Assembly: GCA_965112735.1 (NCBI GenBank)
Contig: OZ218955.1
Location: 1,426,001-1,490,000 of the forward strand
Source of the DNA: Phaeosaccion multiseriatum
Lineage: Eukaryota; Protista; Ochrophyta, other classes
Direction: 5' to 3'
DNA: 64,000 nt
A program made the position numbers and the translations under genes. Positions 1 to 11,202 of this stretch are shown piece after piece. The notes below the pieces were generated by a model that was not told the origin of the DNA, searched no databases, and was given only the letters and a program-made list of their open reading frames with translations. Numbering within the stretch: position 1 is the stretch's first letter; each line of letters begins with the position of its first letter.

Positions 1-480
1 TCCGGCATATCCTCCTCCTCCTCCTTCTCCTCCTCTACAGGCGGCAACACCGTCTCAAACGACCGCCCCACAGGCAACACCCCGGACGCCTGTTCAAACG
101 CTCTTGCCACCTTCAACACAAGCCCCTCCCCCATACTCGGTCCTATAATCTGTAGCCCAATCGGCAAGCCACTCATCGCCTCGATCCCACAGGGCAGGGA
201 CAGTGCCGGCAGTCCGGCAAGGCTGGCAGGCACGGTAAACATGTCATCCCGGTAAGCAGACACCCCCCTACGCTCTGCCTCCCCCAGAGGGTAGGCGGTG
301 GTCGGGGTCGTGGCGCACACAAACACATCTGCCGTCTCAAAGGCCGCCGCAAAGTCCTCCCGCAGCCCTTCCCGGATCACCTGTGGGAGTGTGTGCGCGT
401 GTGCGTGTGTGCGTGCGTGTGCGTGTGTGTGTGTGGTCGTGTGTGCGTGCATACGGGCGGTCAGCAGAAGCAACGAACGA

Positions 481-522
<42 letters not shown>

Positions 523-2083
523 AACGAAGGCATATGTTTGCCCGACCCTCCCCTACCATGATTAAGAGAGACGCGAGAGAGCCAGGAATACAAGTAGAGA
601 GGTTCAACGACGGTTCAGACTGTCACTTGGTATGACCAAAGCCCCTCGCTCTTCAGGAGCTCCATCACCAGAAAGACGTGGTTAGCCTCGTACATATCCA
701 TCCCATCCTCGCGCCCACGCACTCACCTGAGCCTTGTTGTAGTAGGCGTCTGAGTAGCCCGCCGACAGACTAAAGGTGCCGAGAATGATGCGCTGCTTCA
801 CCTCATCCCCAAAGCCTCCACCACCCCCTGCCTCATCGCCAGCTGCATCGCCTCCTGCAGCTGCATGGGCTGCTTTCCCTTTACCCTTCCCCCTGCTCTG
901 CAGCATCACCTCTCTGGAACTTTCGGCCTCCTTGCTGCGGTAGCCATAGCGGATGCCGTCGAAGCGGGCCAGGTTCGCACTGGCCTCGCTCAGCACATTG
1001 ACATAGTAAGCGGCACACTGCTGCTCCAGCAAGGGCAGGCTGACCTCGACAATCTCGGCCCCGAGAGCGGTAAATTGGTTCACCGCCCTCTGCACGGCCG
1101 CCCCGATATGAGACTCCACCTTGTCCCCCCCCAACGCCTCCTTGATAACTCCGACTCTCACCCCGACGAGAGGAGGCTGCGGCTCAAGCCCCTCCCACTC
1201 CGTCTCGAGGTCGAGAGCAATGTCGAGGTCGGCCACATAAGGGGGCACAGGGGAGGGGGAGCACGTGGCATCTCCTCCTCCGCTTTCCATGCCAACACCA
1301 CCTCCATCGCTGCCTGCAATCACCTGCAGCAGCAGCGCGGCGTCGGTCACTGTGGAGGCGATGGGTCCAACGCAGTCGGTGGACGAAGCGTAGGCGATGA
1401 GCCCCTTCCTACTCACTCTGCCGTACGTGGGTTTGAACCCCACCACCCCACACCAGGCCGCCGGTTGCCGCACGGATCCGCCCGTGTCTGTCCCCAGCGC
1501 CCCCAACACCATCCCAGCCGCCACCACGGCCGCCGAGCCCCCGCTCGAGCCCCCCGGCACGAACTTTTTGTTCCGTGGGTTCTTCGTTTGCTTGAACGCC
1601 GAGGTCTCCGTTGTGCACCCCATCGCGTACTCATCCATGTTCGCCTTGCCGATGATGATGGCCCCGGCCTCCTTCAGTTTACGCACCACCGTGGCGTCGT
1701 AGGTAGGCACGTAGCCCTCTAGGATCCTAGAAGCCGCGGTGGTGGGCACGCCCTTTGTGCAGAGGTTGTCCTTGACGGCAATGGGCACGCCCAACAGCTT
1801 CATGGTCTTGATATGCGCGTCGCCGCTGGCAACGAGGGCGTCTATCTTCTTGGCCTCGGCGATGGCCTGCTCTCCCTGCACGCTGATGAATCCCTCCACT
1901 CCGTCTGCGCCCTGGTCGAGGGCCTCGATCTGGGCCAGCGCCTCGCGCACCAGTGCCTCAGACGACATGGCGCCACTTCGAACTGCGGCTGCAGCGTCTC
2001 TTATGGGACTGCTCGACCCCGCGAGCGCCACACCAGCCCCGCGACGACGCCCTCCACTCACACCCACCCGTCTCCGTCCCGAC

Positions 2084-2125
<42 letters not shown>

Positions 2126-2301
2126 CCTTGGCTGAGGCGGGAGGCTTGCAGGATGGACGGCCGAGGAGCGGCCGTTTGAACGAAAGCGTCCACCTTGCAC
2201 ACAAGCAGCAGCACCGCCTGCACAGCAGCCGCCGCCTGCAGTAGCGGCTCATTCCTCCGCCGCTTCCTCTCCCTCCGCCGCTGGGCCATGCTCATATTCA
2301 T
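1..2301 (-). CDS. gatA: Glutamyl-tRNA(Gln) amidotransferase subunit A (amidase family), organelle-targeted; 3' end runs off the window
   Basis: Exon 1 2301-727, GT-AG intron 726-381, exon 2 380-<1. Amidase motifs GVPIAVKDN, GKANMDEYAMG, PGGSSGGSAA, LGTDTGGSVRQPAAWCGVVGFKPTYGRVSR, NLARFDGIRYG, FGDEVKQRIILGTFSLSAGY. Exon 2 gives DDMFTVPASLAGLPALSLPCG...GLPIGLQIIG. The N-terminus has a hydrophobic stretch ending VDA-F, like a bipartite plastid signal. Confidence 0.95.
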
Positions 2302-2788
2302 ATTTCAGCAGGCGATCTCAAAAGCGCCATCTAGTGCCATCCAGTTTCACTGCCAGTGCTATCGCTTGTTGCAGTTCCCCGGGGTTTTTTGATGACGAGG
2401 GCAAGAGTTTTAGCTCCTCTTCTTGGACCAGGGAGGACGCCCTGCGTGTGCAATTAGTAGCGAGTTCTATAAAGCTTGCGCTAGGACGTGCGTACACAAA
2501 GTAGTAGTACGCCACACAATTGAGTGTAGTTGCCAAGCAGCGGCGGCAGCTTTAGGAGCAGCACCTTCTGTGTCAGCTTCGAGGGGGCACGAGTTCGGGA
2601 GGGCAATCGGCGCGTAGTGGTTTTTTGTAAGGAACGAGGAGCTGTTGCAAAAGCCGTTTCCCACGTGAGGGACAGAGGGACAGAGGGACAGAGAGAGAGA
2701 GGGAAGGGGCCTCCTGCCTCCAAACAGGGCTGTCATCTCCTGTTGTCGGCCAGGAGTGCAAATCAAATCCAGGAGTGCAAATTTAATT
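2302..2788. promoter_or_regulatory. Probable bidirectional promoter region (gatA / VDL1)
   Basis: 487 bp between divergent ATGs of two plastid-targeted genes. TATAAA at ~2468; short direct repeat CAGGAGTGCAAAT at ~2751 and ~2770. Confidence 0.45.
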
Positions 2789-4836
2789 ATGGTGTCCAAG
2801 GCATCGAGCCCGAGGCAGCGGTCACTAGTCGTGGCTGGCTGCGCGCTGACGCTGGCGACCGTGGGCCCCTTGCAGCGGGGAGTGCAGGCCTTCGCAGTGG
2901 TACCGAGCTCGTGCACGTGGTGTGGAGGTGTAGCTCCGAGCGTAGGTACGAGTCTGTTGGACCTTGAGAGCGTTTGTTGCTCAACCGCCGTCACTCCGCC
3001 ACTCCACCCGACCCTTCTCCGACTCAGACTCCGTTCTTGGTTACCGGGCCCTAATTTTGTCTTGGCTCTTTGCCCCATTGTCCTTGTCTTTTGTCCTTCC
3101 GCAGACGCAAGGAGTCGGCGCTCGGGAGGAAGGGTGCGAAAGCTGGAGGCAATACAAACTATGGACGGGAGGCTGGCGGCGGCGGCGGCGGGGATGCAGG
3201 AGAGAAGGAGATCAAGTAAAGTGGCGTTTGCGTCCATGACGATGGCGGCGGGAGACGCGGTGGGTGTGGAGTCGTGGGGCGATGGGGTAAAGAAGGCATT
3301 AGCGGGGGTGGCGGCGGGAGTTATAATGGGAGCGGCCCTGATGGGGGGAGGGGGGTCAGCAATGGCGGACATTGGGGGAGCCGCCATGGGACCGTCGTCT
3401 TCGCTGGTGGACGCGTCGACAACAGCAGGTACGAAGGAAAGGAGGTGGACTCTCCGGTCGTGGGCCTGTTCGTGTGGGTGTGCTTTTTCGAGGGGCCTCC
3501 GACGGTATAGAATAGCGACGGGGGGGAGAGGGGCCAGTCCGATGGCTCAGAGCGGCGATTGGCCTAGCAGCGAGATTGACTGTTGGGCTGTCTCGTGTGT
3601 GTCTTTGTCTGTCTGTGTGCCTGTGTCTGTCTGGCCTTCATGGTAGTACTCCACGGGCCCTCATCCCCCCCCCCCCCTTCTACCCCCTCGTCTTGGCGTG
3701 GTTGGTGCCTCTCTGGACCGATTGGTCAAACAACCACACACTTGCCCAACTAAACAGTCCCCCAAGAAGCGGAGGTATACGACGGTTTCGCGGACTTTGC
3801 AGCAAAAGGCCAAAAGATGGAGGAGAGCGACGTAGGTTGCTTTATGAAGGAGTGCAAACAGCCCACTGTGAGTTGTTTCACAGACGGTTCCTGTCTCAAG
3901 GGGGTCACCTGTTTGGGCCGCTGCAAAGGCGAGCAAGAGTGTGCGACGCGCTGCTTTGCGCAATACGGGTCCAAGCACCTCGACGAATGGCTGTCCTGCA
4001 CGCTCGAAGACCACTCGTGTGTCAAGATACCCAAGGACCTTGACTTTGCCATCATTGACCAGAACCCCCCCAAAACCGTGGAGGGCTTTGACCCGACGAT
4101 GCTGGAGGGCACATGGTACAAGGTGCTGGGTGTGAACAGCATGTACGACTGCTTCGACTGCCAACAAAACAGGTTGGTGCGGCTCTGGGAGGGTGTGCGT
4201 GTGCGTGTGCGTATGCATGTGGGTGTGGGTGGGTATGGGTGTGGGTATGGGTATGGGTTTGGGAATGGGTGTGGGTGTGGGTGTGGGTGTGGGTGTGGGT
4301 GCGCGGACGTGTGAGTTAGGGTACACACACTCACCTCACGCACGCCCTCCTTCCTTCCTTCCTTCCTTCCTTCCTTCCTTCCTTCCTTCCTCCCCCGCCA
4401 CAGCTTTGCCATTTCACCGGACCATACAGCGGCAACTCTCGGCGTGCAGTTCCGCCTACGAAAGCCGGACAGCGCTGCTGACTTTTGGCACAACTCCTTG
4501 AACGAGCGGCTGGAGGTTGATCCACCGGGAGGAGCACGCACTTTCCACACGGAGGGGAAGATGTTTGGACTGACATTTAAGGAGAATTGGTATGTAACGG
4601 GCCTCGGCAAGCAGCCCGGGAAGGAGTTCGTCTTTGTGCAGTACAAGGTGCGTGCGGTGTATGTGTATGTGTGCGTGTGCGTGTATTACATTCTCAGACA
4701 GACAGAGAGAAAGATGAAATATGAGTTGGAACGGGTTCACGCTAGGGCCAGAGCGCTTTCCCCCCCCGCACCCTCTTTGCATTACCTCACGCTCTACTTT
4801 CGTCCGTCGCCCCCTTCTACCTCCCTCCCCCCCCCG

Positions 4837-4880
<44 letters not shown>

Positions 4881-5184
4881 CTCTCATACTCCCTCCCTTT
4901 CTCAGGGCCACACACTGCAGGGCAGCTACGAAGGCGGTTTCGTCTACGCACGTCAGCCTCAGCTGCCAAAGGAGGTTCTCCCAGCCGTGCAGGGGGTGGC
5001 ACGCTCGCATGGCCTTGACCCAAGCAAGCTCGTTGCCATTGACAACTCGTGCCCTCTCAAGCCCGCGCTCCCAAAGGCTGGAGAGGCGACTGACATGAAC
5101 TTACCCCAGCGCCTCAAGTACGAAGCGGGCTTTGTGTACGACCTGCTGGAGTGGGTCTTTCCCGGCACCATTCACGACTACTGA
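2789..5184 (+). CDS. VDL1: Violaxanthin de-epoxidase-like protein (VDL1 type; Cys-rich + lipocalin), plastid/thylakoid-targeted, ~472 aa
   Basis: Exons 2789-2945, 3105-3428, 3758-4172, 4404-4647, 4906-5184, phases consistent; intron 1 is in-frame and less certain. YDGFADFA..KMEESDVGCF, CLGRCKGEQECATRCFA, WYKVLGVNSMYDCFDCQ, HTEGKMFGLTFKENWY and YKGHTLQGSYE match diatom VDL1 as I recall it. Signal ending VQA-F, plus a second hydrophobic lumen-type stretch. Confidence 0.88.
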
Positions 5185-5301
5185 GTGAGTTGAGTTGAGG
5201 CGTGACTCTGATGGAGTTGAGAGTTTACTCTGAGTGAGTCATAGCGTGAGTGACTCGATTGCTGAGTGAATCTGTCTGGGAGCAAATTTTGTGTGTTTGA
5301 G

Positions 5302-5338
<37 letters not shown>

Positions 5339-6201
5339 GAGGAGGAGGAGGAGAGGGGGATATTTGAGGGTTTTGAGGTTTGCTCCGACGTCGAGGGATG
5401 CGAGAGCGCTTCGTTTACGAGAAAGTCTTTTATTGTTGCGTTGTATGGGGAGGGGCAGGTAGGCAGACAGGCAGTTTAAGCACGCGACACGGCACGGGTA
5501 CACACACACATATACACACATACACACAACACACACTGAGAGAGCTTGCACCTAGAGAACTGGTGTTAGAGCTTTCGCTCACGCACGCACACACATACAC
5601 ACCACACTGAGAGGCTGGTTTATATTTAGATATTTAGGTTATATTTAGATGATTAGTTATAGTATTATACTTAGCTCGAGCACCAATTGAAGGTGCGTCG
5701 GGGAGGAGGAAAGGAAGGATCGGCCCTGTTGTACGGGGTGCAATACCATAAAGCACTTACTATGCAGGACCTTTTATTATTTATTTTATTTAAGTTTAAT
5801 GAGAACATCAAACTAGTGGAAGAGGGAAGGTGAGGGGGGGGATCATATAGAGCGTTTTATAGATTACCTAACGATATTTACTTTCATATATTTTACTTCA
5901 ATGCACGATACAATGTGTTGTAAGCAGTCATGTCATGTGGCTAGGAGGGGCTTTGCAGGGGGGATGGAGTGACCAAAGGAAGCTCTTTAAGTGTAGCGAA
6001 AGGAAAGCTGTCGTGGACTGACAGACAGCCCAAAGACGAAGGAACGCTTCTCTCCACCCCTCATCGAGCATCGGTCACACCAGCGCTGAGGGTGAAAAAA
6101 AAAAAAAATTATAATAATCATTTTTTTTTTTTAAATAAAAAAAATGGAGCGTACCGTCGGTAAAAGATTTAGGTAGGGTGTGGGTGATGGAGGAGAGTAG
6201 C

Positions 6202-6330
6202 CAGGAGGGTGGACTTTTCGTATGTCTTTTCGGCAAAGCTTAAGGGATGGCACAGCCCTTCCATCGCTTGCCATCGTCCGCCACCCCTTTCATACTCTCG
6301 AACTAAACCATACGAAATGTCGACCTCCTG
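6202..6330. mobile_element. Small fold-back element (degenerate MITE-like) next to (TA)n
   Basis: CAGGAGGGTGGACTTTTCGTATG at 6202 is an imperfect inverted repeat of CATACGAAATGTCGACCTCCTG ending at 6330. Internal GATGGCA/TGCCATC stem. No clear TSD. Confidence 0.4.
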
Positions 6331-6333
6331 AAC

Positions 6334-6338
<5 letters not shown>

Positions 6339-6378
<40 letters not shown>
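6339..6378. repeat. (TA)n microsatellite
   Basis: Direct reading. Confidence 0.95.
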
Positions 6379-6381
<3 letters not shown>

Positions 6382-6565
6382 CTACGCTCTGCCGTCTTCT
6401 GGCGCCGCGGTCTCTCTCGCTCTCTTTCTCTCCCTCTCGCTTGCCTGTCCCCGCCTGTCGAGATGCGAGCTGCGAGCTGACTGACCTGCACCTCCTTCTG
6501 CCGGCCCTCCTTCCAGCCCCCCCCCCCGAGTCCCCCCTTCGCGGGGCGACTCCGTCACGTCCACT

Positions 6566-6768
6566 TCACAAGCCTGTGAGGTAGCGGTACTGCTGCAGGG
6601 TGGAGTCCTCTACCTCCGCGCCGTCGTTATACTGAGAAGCCCCAGGCGGAGCAACCCCCTCGTAGCTCCTCTCCCCCTCCTCCTCCCCATCTCCATAGCC
6701 CTTGCATCCCACAATCCCCCCCACGATGCCCGCAATGGGCGACATCCCTAGTGCCTTCTCGGGTTTTC

Positions 6769-6801
<33 letters not shown>

Positions 6802-7465
6802 CTTCTGTTGGTGGTACAGCTGTTGGTGCTTCTGCTGCGAGTTGTGCTTTTGCTCCCCCCGCTGCACCACCAACTCCACGGCAGCTTCTCCTCGCAAGGT
6901 CAACAACATCCTCTGCTGCTGCCGCTGCTGCGGGAGGACAGACGTGATAACAGTAGTCGTCGTAGGAGTTGTGGTGAAACTTGCTCAGATGCACGCTCTT
7001 CGCTTGCGTCTCTTCCCCCCACGGCTCCTCCAGACGCACAGTGTAGTGCATGTTGCCTGCTGCCACTTGCGCCACTTGAGCACGCACGGCCTTTGTGCGG
7101 CCGGGTCCTGTATACCACACCTCCTCCCCCTTGGCGTACCTGGCAACTGCCCTCCGCGGTGAAGAAGTGGGTGTGCGTCGAGTAGAGCTCTTCTTCCCTG
7201 CCTGTTGCTGCTGCTCCACCCCTAGCTCCCCTTCTTCTCCCCCTCTCTGCGTGAAGGGTGGAGACGGGGGTTGTGTAGTGCTCCCATGCGCCGGGGAGGC
7301 ACAGCCCTCGTCCTGTAGCTCCCCCTTTTTTTGCTCTACGCGATGTCCGAGCCTCGCCCACCCTGTGAACCAGCAGTGCACCCGCCGTCGCACTCGTAAC
7401 TGACTGCTGAGCAAGAGAGCGCCAATACACGCACCATAGAGGGCGATGGCCCCCGCCCGACTCAT
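6566..7465 (-). CDS. Hypothetical single-exon protein, ~299 aa: N-terminal hydrophobic anchor and a small SH3/Tudor-like beta domain
   Basis: First ATG at 7465 (MSRAGAIALYGACIGALLLSS). Central segment YAKGEEVWYTG...AQVAQV...HYTVRLEEPWGEETQAKSVHLS has a beta-barrel pattern; the rest is low complexity. Confidence 0.55.
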
Positions 7466-7946
7466 TTCTTTGAACCGGGGGAAGCCCACATAAATGCAAC
7501 GTTACAGATTAAACAGAGTCCATGCGGGGAGAGTTTCGCCACCCTTTCATTAGGAGGGCATGTGCACTCGATCAAGCACTCGAGAGTGTGAGAAGGGTGT
7601 TTAATTGGTTGATTATACCCGAGAGAGAGCTTGTAAAGCAAGAGGAAAGACGGCGAAGAACCTGAAAAAGAGGGCCTGCCTACGCCTGGGCCATTGACAT
7701 ACTCCCTGCTCGGCACAACAACGTTCGTTCATTCCATCGCCCCATTATGGCGCAACGAGGCTAGGAGGTAACATTGCAAGCAGCACAGCTTACATGCAGT
7801 AGAGCGTGGCATACCACGTCTTCGTGCTGAGTCTGCCCCAGTAGAAGTGGGAGGAAGGGAGAAGAGGCACGGAGCAATTGCTTTGGCAGTTGACCTTTTT
7901 TTTTTGGGGGGGGGGCATTCGACCGGGAGGGAGGAACTCGACCGCG

Positions 7947-7988
<42 letters not shown>

Positions 7989-7989
7989 A

Positions 7990-9747
7990 ATGAGGAACGA
8001 AGAGGAGAGCAGCGCAGACGCCGGCGGCGCGGGAGAAATGAATGAGCTTGTGAAGAAGATGATAACTTCGCCTGTCCACGTGCCGCGCCCCCGAGCCAAG
8101 CGAGTCATGCGGGACAGCCTGTCTCCCGTGCGGTGCCGACCCTCGGTGGCGGAGGAGCTCAGGCGGCACGGAGGGGGAGAGCAGCGCAGTGTACCGCCTG
8201 TGGAGGCCTTCTCCCGCGACGACTCCGGCACTGCCCCCGCCACCCCTGAGAATGTCCTAACAGGAGGAGGAGGGGCAGGAGAGGGGTTGGGGTCGGACAC
8301 CGTTGGCAACAATCATCACGGAAATGAGGGTCCCGCCTCCTTACCAGCGCAGACGGCTGCCTACCGCGCCGCCATACGAGCGGGTATACTCGGCCCGGCC
8401 TCCGCCCCTTCCTCGGTGTTGCGGAGGAGCAAGGATATTCACCTGTCTACCGTAGTCCCACACACGCCCAACACGCCGGAGCGTACCAGCGGACTCCGCT
8501 CCCTCATGACCCAGGCCAAGCAACTCGAGGCAGACGGGTGCTTGCAAGCGGCACTGTCGTGTTACAAGGAAGCCCTCTTTATGCTACCTGGGGAGGAGAG
8601 GATTGTACGCAAGATGGACGACTTGCAGCTGGCCCTCAGCCTGGAGGGGTTGGAGATGGTGACAGGAGGAGGAGGAGGAGGAGGAGGAGGAGGAGGAGGC
8701 GGCGGGGGGACGAGCGGTGGTGATGACGACCAGGGTGACCAGCAGCGGCAGCAGGAGGAGGAGATGGCGACTCTTCTCCGCGACAGCATGTCGAGCGTAC
8801 CTCAGCTCACCATGCCCCACTCCCCCTTAAGACTCACCACCTCCACCACCATCGGTACCCCCCGCAGCAGGACTACAGGCAGGAACAGCAACTGGAGGAG
8901 TGACAACAACCGCCGCCGACCAGAGGGGGAAGACCTGTGTCTCAGCCCCGCGCGGCTGTTGCACAGCAGCCTCCAGGGGGTGGCCATGCCTGTAGGGCTG
9001 CTCTCACCGGCAAGGCCGGCCCGCCGAGCCACGCCGGGTGCCGAGAGAATCAGCAGGCAGCAGCAGCTGGAGCAGGAGGCAGAGGAGGAGGGAGGCATGC
9101 CTCCTGCTCCTCCCCTGTCCTCGTCCTTTGGGGGTGATGCTGAAGGGGGGCAAGACGGTGTGTTTAGCCCCGACGCTGATAGTGACGATGAAGAGGAAGA
9201 GGAGGAGGAGGAGGGGGGGCGAGGGGGGGGATTGCCCCGCTATCGCCAGCAGCAGAGCCCCCAGCAGGGGAAGCAGAGTAAGCGTAACCGTAAGGAGGAG
9301 GAGGAGGAGGAGGAGGAATTGGGCTTCCAGGGCTATTACATTGGCGGCGGCGGTGGTGGCCAGAGGCGGGAGGAAGAGGAGGAGGAGGGGGGGGGGGGGG
9401 ATGAGCACGAACACGAGTATGATAGCGAAGACGAGGAAGAGTTCCAGCTCGAACAGATTGGAGAACGGTCCGTGAGCACGGCCGCTCGGAAACACCACCT
9501 CGAGCTGCTTAGTGAGGGCATGAAGAGTGCCATGGAGTCAGAGATACTCCATCTTGTCAACACGGGTTCCCACGAGGCCCTTCAGCAGCTTTCGGGCATT
9601 GGAATCCGAAGGGCAGCTCTCATCTGTGAGACCCGGAGGTCGGAACCCTTTGCGCACTTGCATGAGCTGAGCCGCATTGGCCTGTATCAGAAGCAGATCA
9701 CCAAGCTGGCGAGGCAGAAAGTGCTGCAGCGGCTGGACATGCAGTAA
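7990..9747 (+). CDS. Single-exon 585-aa protein with one TPR-like helical hairpin and a C-terminal helix-hairpin-helix DNA-binding domain (KIF22/Kid-tail or ComEA-like)
   Basis: LMTQAKQLEADGCLQAALSCYKEALFMLPG (TPR-like). ILHLVNTGSHEALQQLSGIGIRRAALICETRRSEPFAHLHELSRIGL (HhH). Many SP/TP sites. Confidence 0.8.
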   Translation: MRNEEESSADAGGAGEMNELVKKMITSPVHVPRPRAKRVMRDSLSPVRCRPSVAEELRRHGGGEQRSVPPVEAFSRDDSGTAPATPENVLTGGGGAGEGLGSDTVGNNHHGNEGPASLPAQTAAYRAAIRAGILGPASAPSSVLRRSKDIHLSTVVPHTPNTPERTSGLRSLMTQAKQLEADGCLQAALSCYKEALFMLPGEERIVRKMDDLQLALSLEGLEMVTGGGGGGGGGGGGGGGTSGGDDDQGDQQRQQEEEMATLLRDSMSSVPQLTMPHSPLRLTTSTTIGTPRSRTTGRNSNWRSDNNRRRPEGEDLCLSPARLLHSSLQGVAMPVGLLSPARPARRATPGAERISRQQQLEQEAEEEGGMPPAPPLSSSFGGDAEGGQDGVFSPDADSDDEEEEEEEEGGRGGGLPRYRQQQSPQQGKQSKRNRKEEEEEEEELGFQGYYIGGGGGGQRREEEEEEGGGGDEHEHEYDSEDEEEFQLEQIGERSVSTAARKHHLELLSEGMKSAMESEILHLVNTGSHEALQQLSGIGIRRAALICETRRSEPFAHLHELSRIGLYQKQITKLARQKVLQRLDMQ

Positions 9748-10004
9748 GTGTGGCGTAGAGTCGGCTGGACACACGGCAGGAGGGAGTCAGTTCCGGGGCA
9801 GGGTGGGGTGGCATGTACTTCAAGTACGATGTATGTGTGTGTGCTTTTTGCCACACTCTGAGAAAGAAAGGGTTAGCCTTTCTCCCTCCCTCCCTCTCCA
9901 CCCACCAGCTCTGCTGGGGGGGGGGGGGAGGACCAAGGATGGACCCGAAACCCGTAGTGGGTTGCGTGGATAGCAAGGGTAGATGGTTGTGATGGCGTTG
10001 GTGG

Positions 10005-10047
<43 letters not shown>

Positions 10048-10576
10048 TGTGACCGAGAGACTGACATGATTGACACTTGGGCGGGGTGAGAAGAGAAGAG
10101 AGAGACGGGAGTTTCCTTTTGTCGTTCCGCTGTGTTGTTGCTGGCGGCTCCCCCCCCCCTCTTTCTGCTACTTTCCGCTAATGAGGAGTTTGTGAAGGAT
10201 GGTTTGATTTGTCGTAAGTCGTAAGTAGTACTACGTAGTTAGGGTGTTGACCACTGGGGGAGCAGGCTGTGACTTTTTCTGTCATGAGTGTGTCGTTGGA
10301 AAGTGTCGAGGCTTCCACATGATGTGACGTCAAGTAGTGGTTCAGTGTCTTGCATGTTTGAGTGTTTGTGTGTGTGCTAAGTGAAAGCAAGTTGGTGAAA
10401 GTTTGCATGTCGGAGCGGAAGAGTAGTAAGAAGGGAAGAAAGGTCAAGCACCAGTGAGTGAGTGAGTGAGTGAGTGAGGGGTTTCATTCGTTTGTTGGTG
10501 AAGAAGAGCAGTAAGGCCAAGTGCAAACAAACAAGAAAGTATACCTCTCACGCTTCAGTACCCGAGTGTCCTCCCG

Positions 10577-10610
<34 letters not shown>

Positions 10611-10909
10611 TCTCTCTCTCTCTCTCTCCCTCTCTCTCTCTCTCGTTCGCGTACGTACGAGCGGCGATGGAGGGATAGCCCGTCCTTGATTGAGCTCGCT
10701 GCGAGCGGCAGGGCAGAAAGTCTTTTCGACGTCCTTCTTCACACACAGAAGTACCGAACACGTCAAGACTTGTGATTCCCTTCAATTCAAAGTACTCGTC
10801 TATTAACAAGATTCGTGTGTAAGTACGTACAAGCAAGAGATAGGCACATGGATACCCCTCACCATTCCCCCTTTCCATAGGCCTCCTACTAAGCAAAGCT
10901 CCTTCACAC

Positions 10910-10986
10910 CACATTCCGTCCTCTAAAAGGAAGGAGTCCTCTCAAAGGTAAAACTCACCCTTGACCCTCTGTCACCAGCCGTCTCC
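10910..10986 (-). pseudogene. Degenerate duplicate of the last ~80 bp of the CNOT3 CDS
   Basis: cacattccgtcctctaaaaggaaggagtcctctcaaaggtaaaactcacccttgaccctctgtcaccagccgtctc aligns, with indels, to 11204-11275 cacatttcgtcctccaggaaggagtactcgaaggtaaactcgctcttgactctctggcaccagcccgtctc. Confidence 0.75.
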
Positions 10987-11190
10987 TACCACAAGCCTAT
11001 GCACAGGCCTACCATAGGCATACCATATCACATGCATACCATAGGCCTACCATATGCCCACCTATACGCGTATCATATGGCTCGGCCTACCATAGGCCTA
11101 CTATATGCATACCATAGGCCTACAATAGGCCCACCTATACGCATACCATATGCCTAGGCCTACCATAGGCCTACCTACACGCGTACCACA
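10987..11190. repeat. Degenerate minisatellite built on CCATAGGCCTA
   Basis: Repeated ataggcctacc / ccatatgc variants between the CNOT3 stop and its degenerate copy. Confidence 0.8.
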
Positions 11191-11202
11191 GGCGCTCGCT
11201 CA

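Noticed and set aside
10175-10450. Possible snoRNA or snRNA (ATGA-type boxes in non-repetitive sequence)
   Set aside because: No convincing C/D box pair with terminal stem and no recognisable snRNA sequence.
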